Assembly (NCBI RefSeq): GCF_001447785.1
Contig: NW_015175362.1
Coordinates: forward strand, 1,230,029 to 1,294,028
Reading direction: 5' to 3'
Length of the DNA: 64,000 nucleotides
Source of the DNA: Gekko japonicus
Lineage: Eukaryota
Notes under the pieces: model-generated
The model's database searches: none
Told to the model about the DNA's origin: nothing
What the model saw: only the letters and a program-made list of their open reading frames with translations
Shown: positions 1 to 12,979 of the stretch, piece after piece
How the letters are laid out: each line of letters opens with the position of its first letter
Numbering within the stretch: the first letter of the stretch is position 1
Translations under genes and position numbers: made by a program

Positions 1-70
1 AAAGGCTGTGGGAGCGTGTGGAACGTTGAGGAAAGTGGGACACAAAAACTCTTTTATATATAAGGAGAGA
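1..70 (-). mobile_element. Putative Helitron-like 5' end (continues outside the window)
   Basis: Minus strand reads A|TCTCTCCTTATATATAAAAG. Shares ggagcgtgtggaa...cttttat.tataagg with 36660-36721. Confidence 0.4.
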
Positions 71-136
71 TATCGTCACAATAATGCACAGAAATCAATG
101 TATTCCAATTTGTTGTTTCTTCTGTCTCTGTGCAAG

Positions 137-244
137 GCTGATTCACCGGGATGACTGTCTAGATAGGAGCCTTTATCCCTTGTTAATTAAGAAACATTGG
201 CTGTGGACCAAGAAGTGCTTTGTATGTAAAACGTACACAGCCAG
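137..244 (+). CDS. SNAPC3: SNAPC3 (snRNA-activating protein complex subunit 3, SNAP50), penultimate coding exon
   Basis: AG at 135-136 and GTGAGT at 245. Translates (R)[35 protein letters not shown](R), the SNAP50 C-terminal zinc-finger region. Confidence 0.95.
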
Positions 245-2574
245 GTGAGTGATCTTGATGTGCTGGTTTTGATCTCTCTGTAGCTAAACAACCAAATAAT
301 AGAGCCGCTCTGTGGCAGATTATGGCTGTGGGTTAAACCATTGCCTCCAGTATAAGAAAAATGCGCAACTGTATCTTAATTGTTTGGGTTGGTTACTACG
401 AGTGGTAGTGCTGATCTTTTTATAGGTGGCAAGAAGTGATGCTCCTCTCCCACATCAGCTCAGTGGGCTAAGGCTGACTGTGAAGGCGCTTTCCTCCCAT
501 GATGCCTTGTTTATAGGAAATGCTTTCCTTCGATAAAAGAGCAAGATCTGTGTGTTCTCTGCTACTCCCTATTACTAGTAAGTTTCATAGGCTTAGTTTT
601 CACTGCGCATGGGAGCTCACATGGCAATTGGCTGCTTTTCTGGGTTTTTAAAAAAATCCTCATACAGAAAACTATCACATCAGGAATATGGATCCTTGCT
701 TAATTTTATCCCTGATATACTGATTTTCTAGGTCTGTAGGGGTTTTTGTCTGTGTGGAGGAGTGTTCAGTCATGTGACTCCTCACCTGCAGTAAACTCAG
801 GCACAGGTCTGGCACCTCATTGAGAACTAGGCTGCAGACAACTGAGTTATGAGTGAAATGTCAGTATCAAGTAACTACAAGGTTTTTTTTAATTCCTTGC
901 TCTTTGGGAAGAACAAGTCTTTTGGAATGGAAACAGGCCTTATTTTGGTGTGGGGTGAGGTCAATAGGTAGAGAAGCTACTTGTGAGGATTTTGCGATCG
1001 TTTGGTAGGTACCATTTGGGAGTCGTTGGCTTAAAGGACTGCCAAACGAAGGTTAAACAGTGCTGAGCTTTGTAGTTTTAAAGCTCTGATAAATATGTAC
1101 ACAAATCAGGCTTGCGAGTTTTATTCAGTTGCCTAGGGCAAGTTACACTTTTAATCTTTTTTTCCCTCCTCATTTTGAAGTTTCTAAAGTGACATATTAC
1201 CACAAAAGACACACAGAGTTGTATTTAAAATATTACTCCCTCCAATGTTCTTAAGTAGGAAGGGGATTATTTTCCCTTCAGATGCTGACAAAGTACAAAA
1301 TGTGTAGCACTGTAGCTCAGAATACACTTTTCAGCAGTTCAGAATGGCAAGACAAGCTTCCCAGCTGCTGTATTACTTTTTGGCTTGGATGGTAAATGCA
1401 AGCCAGATAATAATTCTCTCCCTCCCTCACCTTTCCCCCCCTCTGTCCCACCCCAACATCTGCCCTCGTGATAAGGACTGCTGTCGGGGGTGGGGAATAT
1501 CAGTTGTTCTGGGCACTAAATTCCCATAATGTACCTAGGTACTAATGTTACTCTCCAGCTCAGCCACTGTGGGATGGGGGGGAGGGCAAGGAGGAAAAAA
1601 GGTGGACAGACCATTATCAGAGGGATGCAGCAAGAATTCCCCCCCACCCCCATCAGGAAGACAGCAGGGTTGAATTCTAGTGGAAGTGGAGAAGGGGAAT
1701 TCTGAGAAAGCAGCTAGAATCTCATGGAATTCCTGGGTGACATAATTGGGGGCTAGTGGGAAGAAAACGTGTGGGTTCATAATTCCTGTAGGTGTATCTG
1801 CAAGGCTGCTTTGGTTGTTCCATTATCCGCAAATTACTGGATTAGAATTAGTTAAGATCTGCAATTTTTAAAAAAGATTTGCCATGGGGTTCCAAATGGG
1901 AAGAATAAACCAAATAAGCAGAAAAGTGAGTGAGCAATAATTGAACATGCACAATGATTAGTCTTTAAGGTACGGCAAAATGGACACTGTGAACTGGAAA
2001 GATGCATCTTCCTGTTCCTCTATGCGTAGACCACCGCTGTTGGCATACAGCAAACTTGTCTCCTAAGTGCTGATTCCAGTCACTCACACTTGTGCTGCAG
2101 GGAGTGGGAAGCACATTAACTGTCCTCTCTAATAACTGTTTTTCTCCTCATCTGGGTTTGGAATACTGCTTTTTGCCAATAAGTGCAAATAGTTTGCAAC
2201 AAGAAAATAAACTGTCTCAAAGGGTATGATTAGCTTCTCCAGGATTTATAGCTTTCATGATCCAGGTGTCTTCTAAATAAAACATGGACCTTTTTTATCA
2301 GTGAGTTACTCTGTTTGATGCATTGGGTCCTTATGGTAATTCATTGGTGTCATCCATGGCGGCTGTACTCTGCATTAGGCTGCTGTCCAAAATTGAGAGG
2401 TGATTACTGAAGAGATGTTGTTTAACTGTATTAAACTGAGCTGGATTAGGAGCTAGGATTAAAAGAAGAGATGCCAAGCCTTGGCTGACCATAGCACCTT
2501 TGAATGGGATACTTTGCTTCTCTAATCTGACCTATGCAGTGCCTTCTGGTTTCTTGTTTCTGACTACTGACCAC

Positions 2575-2935
2575 CATCAGGGCCCTGCGAGATTTAATGC
2601 GATTCCACAGGGCCTTTAAGGCAGAGATGTTCCCACCAGGCTTTTGGTTGAGGGCAGCGACGGTGTGATCATCTCTGACACCCTCCCCCGTTTCATCTGT
2701 TTCCCTCCTCCTGCCCTGCTCATGGGGCAGTGGCGCAGTCCAGTATTGGGAATAAGATTTATTAGGGCACCATCTTGGATTTTAGTTTTTTTTAATTACA
2801 TATGTAACTGTATATTTGGGTGGTCATATGATTTTATCTATTGCTTTATCATTGATGTATATCTCCCAGACCCCTGTTTTTACAGGGATGGGGTGATTCA
2901 TAAATTGAAGAATTATCATTATCATCATCATCATC
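2575..2935 (+). mobile_element. L2-clade LINE 3' end with (ATC)n tail
   Basis: 2575-2665 is similar to the reverse complement of the L2 3' part at 54640-54730. Ends in atcatcatc repeats. Confidence 0.7.
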
Positions 2936-3905
2936 TTTCCTATCAGGGAGATTATTGCACTGATACATGTATCTCATAACCAGTGTCTGCATACCCCTGA
3001 GTAAATGCAAAACGTAGATGCTCTGGAAAGGAGCAAGAAGTAATGTCCAGTGGAACCATTTGTCCAGTGTTGATGGTAGATGGGGGGATGGATCTGAGAA
3101 TCTGTAGTTTGATGGCTGTCACTGGGAGTTGGATTTGATTGCAGAACAATCTGGCAGCCTCGTGTGCTGTATGATTTTATTTATAAATAGGATTGTTGGC
3201 CGATTCAGGAGTCTTTCCTCTCCCATTTAACTGGATAAAAGTCATAGTGGAATAGCAGCTTTAGGTTGTTAGAACAGCCATCTTTAGTACTTTAGTAGTA
3301 CCTCAAAAAGATAAGCAAGCATGCTTTTATTCTGCAGCCTGGGCAATTAAAATTCAGATTTACATTTCCCTCTCTCCTACTTGGAAGAATTTCCTAAAGC
3401 AGGGAGAAGCAAGTAGTGGACTAAAGACCCAAATCTGTCTTTCTCCTCTCTCATCTATACTCTAGCATAATCCTGGTCCCAAGGATATGTCAAGCCAGAG
3501 TCTTATCCCCTGCCCTGGCCCAATTTGTGTGAATAGTAACAGAGATGGTCTTGCCATACGCACTTCAGCTATAAACTTTGAGTGGGCTGGTAAAGGAAGA
3601 ACTCTCTCAGAATCTCTGGTGTAGCTTGTGCTGGAAAGGAGATGGATGCCATTTTGCTTGGCTGTTAGCTGGTGTGGGCTGAGGTATATGCAGAATCCTT
3701 GTTGCTAGCTCTTTTGCCTTCCAAATGTAGTCCCTGTTTTGTTCTGTGTTTTAAAACACCCATCAGTGGCTGAGGAGGGAGCTCAAACTGGATTTGGTTG
3801 ACCTACTGATTTTAAAACTTGCAGTAATAATTAACATCAGTAGCTTTCTTGAGCAAGCAGGAAAAGTCTTGCTTGGTTAGTACAGTGGCTACAAAAATGA
3901 GCTTG

Positions 3906-4842
3906 TAGAGATATCAGGATCCATGGGAAAAAACACTTGGAGAAATTCAGGAAAAAAACTCCCCCCCCCCCGCCCTCGGCCTATATTTAAATATTTCTGA
4001 TAGGAACACTTGGGAGAGCACAGAAAAGAGACTTCTATGAGATATTTTCTGTCTTAGAATGAGTAAAGTGCTTCTTTAAGACAAGGTTTCTCATACTCAA
4101 AATGTATAACACGAACAAGTCTGAGGACTTTTTTGATCTTTCCAGTGGGAAACTTCGGAGATTTTGATGAGTGCTGAAAAACACACCCTTTTCAAGTGAG
4201 AAAAACCTTGTCTCACAAATCAGTTCACTCATTCCAAATGTGCAACAAGAAAAAGTTGGGGAATTTGGGGACCATTGGGAAAAAAAGCCTGCTTATATTG
4301 TACACATATACAAGATTTTCAAGATTTTTTGTTTAAGTGTTACAATTGTAGCAACAGTTAATAATCTATAGTATATTTAATGAACAAACATATTATTAAA
4401 GGGTTCAGTGTTTCGTAAAGGTAATAGCAAAACATGCTGGCAGTCCTACCTATTGTGATAGTATATTTCCTGTCCAAAATAGATTTTTTTTTCACTTCAA
4501 AATTGTTTTCTACTTGCAGCATGCATATTTTCTTAACTCTTGGAAGGCAAAAATTAAAGACATATGTGCTGTGGTAGTATAGAATGAAGCAATTCACAAC
4601 TCCTTATTGGTTATACTTGCCATTTTTCATATAGAAAATGAAGATATTTATACTTTTTAATTCCATAAATATTAAATAAATATCCCAAACAGTACAATGT
4701 TAAATGCTGTTCAATCAGTAAAAGAAGGTTAGGTTTGATAGAAAAATGTTACATATATTTCAGTCCGCCCCGCCCCCCCCATTTATTCCAAGAAAAACTT
4801 TTCCTCCCTGGCCTCAACAGTTACAAACATTTTACATCTCTA
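3906..4842. mobile_element. Old non-autonomous hAT-like DNA transposon
   Basis: Termini TAGAGATAT...ACATCTCTA, flanked by the near-duplicate atgagcttg / atgagctg. Confidence 0.45.
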
Positions 4843-5479
4843 ATGAGCTGTGATTTGGGAGGTTGCCAGTGTAAACAGTCTGGTCTCTCTCCCCACCTCA
4901 GTCCTCCATTTGTGATACTGGGATAATAATGCTGGACTTCCTAAAATCAACATTACCATAATACTGTAACATGCTAAATAAATGCTAAGTTGTATTGGCT
5001 AAAGCTTAATTTTCAAACAATGCTTAAAAATATTAGCATGAGTTTTGAGTTCAAGATACTTCTGACATTTCCTTGTTTTAAATAAATTGTAATCTTATCT
5101 CCTGTGGTCAGAATGTGTCCTTGCAAGTTCTGGTCTGTGGCTTGGCTATAACATTTTGGTGGTCTGCTGTTTTTTAAGGTGTTTTCCCCTTTTCTCTTGC
5201 TTGACCTCCTAATGTTTTTGGTTTTGCTGTTAAGTAGGTGGTTAATCTCATGTGTTAAATGTCACACACATAAAGACCACAATTTACCTTTTAGTCTCCT
5301 TGTTGAAAAAGCGAGATTCTAAACCTGATAGAAACGTTGAGAGTGTAGTTAATTACTGGGGAATGGTACTGAGCAAAGCTCAACAGATGGTTTTCAGTCT
5401 GTCCAGAAACTAGAAGAAATGAGCACAAGGTCGGCAAATGTCATTCTAACACGAAGCGCTCCTGCTTTCTAATTTACAG

Positions 5480-5627
5480 ATGGGTGACCAATGATGACAG
5501 TCTTGCTCCTCAAGACCCTTCTTTCTTCTGTGATGTTTGTTTCCAGATGCTCCACTATGATGCAGACGGCAACAAGTTAGGAGAGTTTCTTGCTTACCCT
5601 TATGTTGATCCAGGGATTTTCAACTGA
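5480..5627 (+). CDS. SNAPC3: SNAPC3 last coding exon
   Basis: tttacag acceptor, in phase with the previous exon. Translates [48 protein letters not shown], with TGA at 5625-5627. Confidence 0.96.
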
Positions 5628-8600
5628 GACTTTGTCAAAGAGCAAGACAACAAAACTGTTTTATAATCTGCTTCAGTAGCTGCTGGAATGTGAAATTCAA
5701 GCAACAGCCTTTTTCAGAACATAGTTTCCTCTGTATATTTGATATTTTTAATTTGGCAAGCCATTCAAAGGGTGATGGCCCCCAAAATCCAGACCACATT
5801 AACTACAAAAAGCTCATGTAGTTGTGTGCTCGTGTGTGTTCTTTAGTGTGATCATGACCAAAGCATGTGTGCTTAATTTTTCTTGTAATTCTCAGTTGGA
5901 TTTAAATGAGGAAGTAAATCTAATGACTGATCTGTGTGTTTGCTCATTCACATCTAAGGCATGTGTGTGCTTAAAAATTCCCTTACATGGTGAGTGGGTG
6001 TCATAGCTAGCCTGCCTTTAATATAGTCCCCCTTTTTTGCATTATTAACTCCTTTTTGTGTACTACTTGCATAGGATCTGAGGCCATTCTCCCCACCCCC
6101 CAGTTACCAGATGATAAATGCAGGGCTCTTTTCTAGCTCTTCCAGAATTACAAAGAGGAGGAGGAAGCAGTGGTCGAAAGTCCTCGTCTAACAAGATGAT
6201 CTTCTCCTCTTTGCCCACACCCCAAGTGTTGAGTATCATTGTACTGCTGGGTGTGTTTCCTCCTTAGAGAAGACGAATAAGGACAGCATCAGGCTCTTGT
6301 GAAGTCTACATTCCAGATGCACTGGCTAGAAACGGGCACTTCTGTAATCCTTCATGTTTTAAGGTGGTGCTGCAAAACTGACTTGAATGTTATAAGACTT
6401 TCCGGAGGGGGGCCAAGTCTCTGGGTTCAGTAACTACTGGTAGGTTTTCTCTGTGTGTGAGAGACTAGGCATCTGCAAGTAAAACAGAATGCAGTTGGTA
6501 TGCCACATTTAATTTTGCCAGTTCTCACATTTTTTCTGCATGTGTGTCTACATCCTTTGTAATTGAATTAATAACAAATTACATGTTAGGCATTTCATTG
6601 TTACTTAGTTGTTTTTATTGTACTGAGGGGGTTCGCTTTATTTAAATGGTCCCTTTTTATACTTAATACTTTGGATATATGTATGTATGTATTTATGTAT
6701 TCAGTGTCTTGACTCAACAGAATTATTCTACAGTAGAGAGCTGTAGTCAAAGATTTGGCTATCAGCAAATGGCTTTCCTGGCCTTAGATTCTGTATAAGG
6801 TTTTCTCCAGCCATTGCTTTCAGAAAATTGAAATTGTGGTATTTGTCATCATTCTACAGATGGATTTTCCCCCCTGAGAGCAAGGCAGGATAAGTTATCC
6901 AAATAAGATATTGGTAAATGTTCTGTGCCATCATAGCAGCTGAGCTAATAGCTGTCAGGTGAGGGGCATAATTGTTTTGCTTACCCTATAATAATACTTA
7001 AAATAGAAATGAGCATCTCCAGAATGCATTGTGGTTGAACTGTCTGACGGAGTAGATAGATATTTATTTATTGTTTTGGTCAGCAACCAGTGTAGTTAAA
7101 CAACAAACAATTTACTCTGATGAAGTATCAAGCTCTGAGCCTGGTTGAAACTACTCGTATCCCTTCATAAAAGGAAGTGGACTGATCCTGAAAAATTCCT
7201 GTTTCTCCCAGTAACTGCATTATTACAGAATCACAAGCATAAGAAGACCAACATGAATTACCTTGTGTGGAAGTTACGATCAACTGGATCAATTTGAAGT
7301 GGCTTTCACATAGTGCTCATATTATGCCAACCGGCTCTGGAACTGATTGTGCCCGGGATGTTATGTTAGCTCACTGGTCTGAACTTCACAGCTGCAATTC
7401 TTTGCAGGTTTAATAAGCCCTTTCCAATACAGTGGTGAATAAAAACGTTTACAGTTGTGTTTCAAAGACCCTGTCAAAGCCTCTTTCTTTTTAGCTGTCA
7501 GGTAAATTTAAGTTGGTACATGGAACCATGGTAACATTTCTCTGCCAGGGGAGGAAGGGGAATGGGTGATTACACCCTCCACTTTGGATTCCCTAGAGCC
7601 CAAGTGCAATTGTCCTCTTCTCCATCAACCATATGTATCATTTTGTACAAACAAGTCACAGTTCTTCAGTACAACCACCACAGTGTGTTAAGACCGTATA
7701 AATACAGAAAGTGATCGTATGATAAGAAAAATTCTGTCTAAATCACTTTCATGGTTAATGAAGGAAGCTAAGCAGTTGGGTATTCTCACCTCATATATAG
7801 GGGCTGGCAGATGGGAATGATGGGGCCTGAACTGTGCTTTTGGGGTTTGCAGCAGTCTATGAAGGATGGGGACGTAAGGAGAGAGCCTTTGAAAGAAGGT
7901 GGCTTCAGTTGCCCAGGGAACTGCTGTGCAGACAACTTACTGTGCCAGTGCCATTTAGTCAAAGCATTGTACAAAAACCAGATCGGGGAGGACTCGGAAA
8001 ACACGGCATTCGTCGTTGTATCAAATCCATCCATTTCCTAAAGGAGAGTTGATTGTGTTGCTATTCTGTGCTAGTCCTGTTGCATCCTGAAGACTGTGAC
8101 CTTCAGTTCTATATTTTTACACAATGAACAATAAATTATAGGGGGGGGAAACATTACATCCTTAATTCCACGAGTCCCAGGAGCTGCAGCAGGACAGCTG
8201 GGTATGTTTTTAGTTCAGAATTCTCTTTTGAATGAGTCCTCTGAGTCAAACCTAGTATTGGACCCAGCTGTCAGTTTCTAATTAAATTCCTCACACCAGC
8301 TGGATATTTGTGTTTTGGCTACCTGTTTAACGCTGTCAGCATTTAAGTGGCCACAGCATCAAAGCCTGTACACTATCCTATGAGAATAAATAAGCAAGGA
8401 CGTGTTTTACTTTTCAGGCCAAATTAATTAAAATGGCAGGGTCACTAGATTTAGTTTCATCTATGCTTCTACTGCCCTGTGGCTGTTCACAAGGCTATGG
8501 ATACATGCTGTCAGTAAAAAAAAAAGAATTCTGATTCTGCACCCAGTGCTAACTGTGGAATGGATATGAACAGATCAGACCATGGTGCTGGGCTTGTAGC

Positions 8601-9639
8601 CAGCTCAGTGCCTTCCTTGCTAAAATACCTGGCTGTGCCCTCTCTCAGTGCATGCACAGGCTTGATATGCACCAAATTATTACAAAATGTTAGAGGAATA
8701 AAACATGAAAATGTGCATACATTAGAGCTAGCGGGGAGCTTATGGGGACAATTTTATTTTTCAGTTTTCCCGCTCATGCTGTCTGGGTGGGCGGTTCCCT
8801 GTCAGCCTGGAGCAGTCTTTCAAGGGTCCGTTTTGGACTGCAGAGGAAGTGAAGAAATCCAACTCCATTGAGAGAAATTTCTTTAGTCACCAGAGATTCC
8901 CTTGATTGCTATTTCTTCTGCTAATCAAAGAAAGAAGCAAAGATCAATGAGTCAGAATCTTTTCCAGTTGAAGCTTTATTTAGTCACCCCTAAACCTCCA
9001 AGCTTCAATGTGTATTGCTGTGACCTTAAGAGCCTCCTCCTACAGACTCTCGTCCTGTAATTGCTCAGGGTCTAGAGTAAGCTGGGGGCCTGTTAGGCAC
9101 TGCCCTCATCTTTGCTGTTCTATACATGTAGGAGTGAAACAAGGTGTTTGTGAGTTTACGCTGGCGGAGGGAAGTTAAGTGTAAAACATGGGGGAAGGGA
9201 AGCTCCCATAAAGTGGGTCCCTGGCCTGGTAACATTGCTCTCTAGGGAAGCGATTTTTACATTGGCCTGAAGACAGAAGAGGGGTAACTTCCAAGTGAGT
9301 GCAGAGGTGTTTTTCTCGATCAAGGATTTTTCACTGGAGGGAGTGCCTGTAGAATGGTGAGAAGGGCAGCAGGCAGAAGAGCAACCATCTTCTGGCCTGG
9401 GTCTTCTACTCTGCAGTGTTTATGCAACTTCTGCTGCTATGAAGAAAAGTTGCTTCTCAGAGACCTTACTGGGCTTCCAGATTTTCCTGAAGTTCATAAA
9501 TTAGAGCCCAGAGACTTCTCCCTTCATGCTGGCTTTAGGACTGCTCTATATTTTATTGTTTTGTACATCTTTAAATTTGCTTAAGCAGTTCAGATTTCAA
9601 ATGAGGCATCCACAGCACCCATTAACCTAAAGATCATTT

Positions 9640-9836
9640 CACAGAGTAGCCACGGTAGTCTGCAGCAGACAAACTAGATTTGAGTCTGGTACACCTCGGA
9701 GACCAACAAGATTTTCATATTAAGCTCTTGAACATCAAAGTTCTCTGTCAGATATGACAAAGGAAGCTTTGACTCACAAAAACGTATACTATGAAATTCT
9801 TGTTTGTCCCTAAACTGCTACTGGACTTGAATCCAG
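9640..9836. mobile_element. Penelope-derived palindromic remnant
   Basis: Imperfect inverted arms 9674-9752 / 9753-9836. Same motif family as 26800-27325, 35260-35335 and 48870-49005. Confidence 0.6.
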
Positions 9837-10589
9837 CCCAATTAATCTGGTAAGGCTGAAAGAGCTCTCTCTAACACACCGCACTTGAGGACAAAGCTGC
9901 AGTGAAAACAAGATCCATTCACCTCCAAACCTGGTCACTAGTAGGAACCTTGGAACGTGTGCATGTGTGTACAGGGCACACACAGATACAGTCCACCCCT
10001 GTATACAAGCCCTTTGTCCTTACTCCTGTTGTCAAGACATAAAAGCATTTTGGATGGCAGGATCATAAATGCTCTGCTAGATGCTGGCAGCTTCTTGAGA
10101 GGAATACAATTGTCTTACAATGCAATGGTGCCACCTGCTGTCTCAGCAGCAACACCAATCCATGGCAAAGGAATGGAGCACAGTACAGCCATTTATATGC
10201 TGCCTTTCATTCATAAAGCTCTAGATACCATACGCAGTGATCATCCCCATTAAGGCACAAACTTCAACCATTCCCACTTGGCTTTAGCAGGTTTACTGTA
10301 TTATACCCCAAGTTGAAACTTAATTAAAGATTGTGTACATCAAGGTTTTTGATTCATTTGTAGTATCAAATGTTTGTTTACCCACAGAACCCTCTCAGAT
10401 TCCTTTTCCTGAAATTGTGATGCATATGCACAGTTCTGCCTTTTAATTCTAAATTCTATTATCAGGGAAGGTTGTCACTGTAGGCAGTGTCTTCTCTACA
10501 GGCATGGAAGAGCAATGTGTCGCTAAACCTGATCATTTCAGAGGCTATGAGGCTGCTGCCCAAACCCTGGATAGTCCAGGATAGACAAA

Positions 10590-10745
10590 TACTGGAAGCT
10601 AAGCAGGATTGGCCCCATTCAGTATTTGGATGGGAAACCACCAAGGAATACCAATGCAGAAGTAGGCAATAGCAAACCATCTCTGAATGCCTCTTGCCTT
10701 TAAAACCCTACAGGGTTGCCATAGCCGGTTGTAACTTGATGGCAA
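10590..10745 (+). mobile_element. 5S rRNA-derived SINE (truncated)
   Basis: ggaagctaagcagg...gtatttggatgggaaacc resembles the 5S internal control region. Tail is shared with the copy at 37213. Confidence 0.7.
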
Positions 10746-10857
10746 AATTTTTAAAAAAGGGAGAAGCTTCAGAGACATGTTATGCTACCTATTCCCTTTT
10801 GAGCATAGGTTCCAGAGACTGTCTAGTTACTCATACTAGCCAGCTTTATAGCTTAAC

Positions 10858-11041
10858 CAGCATTCCCTCTAAGCTGAGTCAGTGTGAGCTAGCTCAGCTT
10901 TTTAGCATCCAGCTCACATATTTTTGTCTTCGCTCAGGAAGGATGGCTCCAGAGCTAACTAATTTCTGTAGTAGCCAAATCACTCGTTCACAACTTTAAT
11001 GCCAGTAGCTCACAAGACTCCACAGCTTAGAGGGAGCACTG
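10858..11041. mobile_element. hAT MITE
   Basis: TIRs CAGCATTCCCTCTAAGCTG / CAGCTTAGAGGGAGCACTG; imperfect 8-bp TSD agcttaac / gacttaac. Confidence 0.8.
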
Positions 11042-12918
11042 GACTTAACTGCTCATTGTTGAGCTTAAATAACACACTCCTATGCACAAAAGGTCCTTTT
11101 TAATTGTACTTAAATAATCACTTCACAATTAACCCTCCTTTTCGTTGTAACTAATAATTTCATAACTACCACTGATAATTCGTTTCTGATTGGCTAGAGG
11201 TAAACAGCATTTTGCCCCCAAGGATTCCATTACAAAAGCAGAGAGACCTCAATAGTGGGCCAACTCCATAGACCTCTGTAATAGGCACTGCCCACCTAAA
11301 GCCAGCTCCTTAGTAGTGCTGACCGCTTGACACTTATGGTTTACATACTACTTTCCCCCCCTCAGAGAACACAGCCCATTCACTTTGTTCTTGAGCTTTA
11401 TCTTAAAGTGCTTTGCATGCATGCCTTCTGTTCACAGCAGAGGCTTGGGCTATTTTGTTGTCAAAGAGCCACTCCAGCTAGGAGACAGTCAGAGCCCCCC
11501 CCCCCCCCCCCCCCCCCGGAGCTTTATATTTTCACTGCATAAGACTCCAGCACTGATTGCTAGGGCTAGTGGGAAATAGTCATACATGTTCCAGCTGCTC
11601 AAGGAACAAAGTTGTAAGAATATCTATGGTTTAGCTTGTATGAGAAAAGAGACTAAAAGCTGTCAGCTTTGTCGTGATTGGTGATTTAGTGGAAGCACAA
11701 CATTCAAAAAGAGGGCAAAATAACAACAGGCCAAGACCTCTTGAAACACCTAGAAAAGGAAATCTCCGCTCACTTTTGACAGACTGGAAGAAGACAGGGA
11801 AAGTTCACTTTAGAAAGTAAGTATGCTACCAGTTATGCTTTCTGCTAGTACTGCAGTATTGTAACCTTGCAATTCTAATGGGACAGCAGGAGCCCAAACA
11901 CAGTGAGCATTGAGGCTTGAATATCATGTATTGATCAGAATGAATAAGACAATTCCTGGGTTTGCAGGTTTCAAGTTCATTGGTAAAAACATCCTAAAGA
12001 ATCTCCCTGCTTGTTACTTTCACATATACATTTCTGTTCAGCCTAAGGAACTCTACTGGCAACTCCAGTACTTAGAGACATTTCAGACAAAAACCAGGAC
12101 ACAGGAACTGAATGAAGTATGAGGATCAGTTAAATGGGTCTCCTAGTTTGTGCAGCTGAAGTGATCCCTCACACGCAGTATTAATTGGGACATTTTCAAT
12201 GAACATGTACAGATTTTTTTTCTGCATATCTTTAATTTTTTTAAACAAATTGTTTCAAGACAGTGTTTTTTGACTAATGTGCATCATTAATTTCAATGGA
12301 AACGCCAGTTTCCTTAGTATGATATCTAGAATATCCAAAGCATACCACAGAAAGTCAGAGCATATTAAATTGGCACAATTAGCTTTCAGGAACAAAACTA
12401 ACTTCTTTATAAAGAACTCACTGAATATACGTGTACTGCTACTACAAAATGCTTCCAGCTTCTTACAAAACACAGCAAACAAACACTTTGGCAAACAACA
12501 GTTCCAAAAACTATGCACAGACAACAGGAAGAAAATAGATTTATACAAGTGGAACAGTTTGGCAACTTTAAAAGAAAAGTAACTTTTTCTTGTCATTGAC
12601 CAAAAAATGAACAGAGAGTACTCAGGGAAACATATACTAGAGTGCTAGTAATTAAACATACAAACACTTTTCAGTCTCTAAATTGACTTGGTCTTTACAC
12701 CTGAACTGCGTATTGCCTGTAAATACTGGGCAAATGCTATTATGGTGTTTAAATATTTTTTAAAATAAAAGTTAAAAGGGGGATTTTTCACAATCCCCAC
12801 AAAATTGTACACATTAAAATACTATGTTTATAAAATTTAAAACTTTCAGCAATCTAATTCTCAGATGCAAACCCTTATAGTCCTCTTTAATATGTGATTT
12901 ACAAAAATTAGGCTGCAT

Positions 12919-12979
12919 TCATTCATTTTCAGAGGTGGGAACCTTTGTCTTCTCTTGTTCTCTTCCATCACCAGGCATT
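12919..12979 (-). CDS. PSIP1: PSIP1 last coding exon (p75 C-terminus)
   Basis: ctctag|MPGDGREQEKTKVPTSENE*, with TGA at 12921-12919; 61 nt. All 16 exons sum to 1734 nt (577 aa plus stop). Confidence 0.88.

Larger units (their letters stand above)
8955..12918 (-). other. PSIP1: PSIP1 3' UTR (extent inferred); candidate poly(A) signals at 9552-9557 and 8975-8980
   Basis: AT-rich, U-rich sequence on the minus strand downstream of the stop. tttatt (AATAAA on -) occurs at the two positions given. Confidence 0.55.

Noticed and set aside
7140-7430. Coding-looking stretch after SNAPC3
   Set aside because: Stops in the frames I translated and no recognisable homology.
12255-12596. Overlapping ORFs on both strands
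   Set aside because: They lie in the AT-rich PSIP1 3' UTR with no recognisable protein signal.
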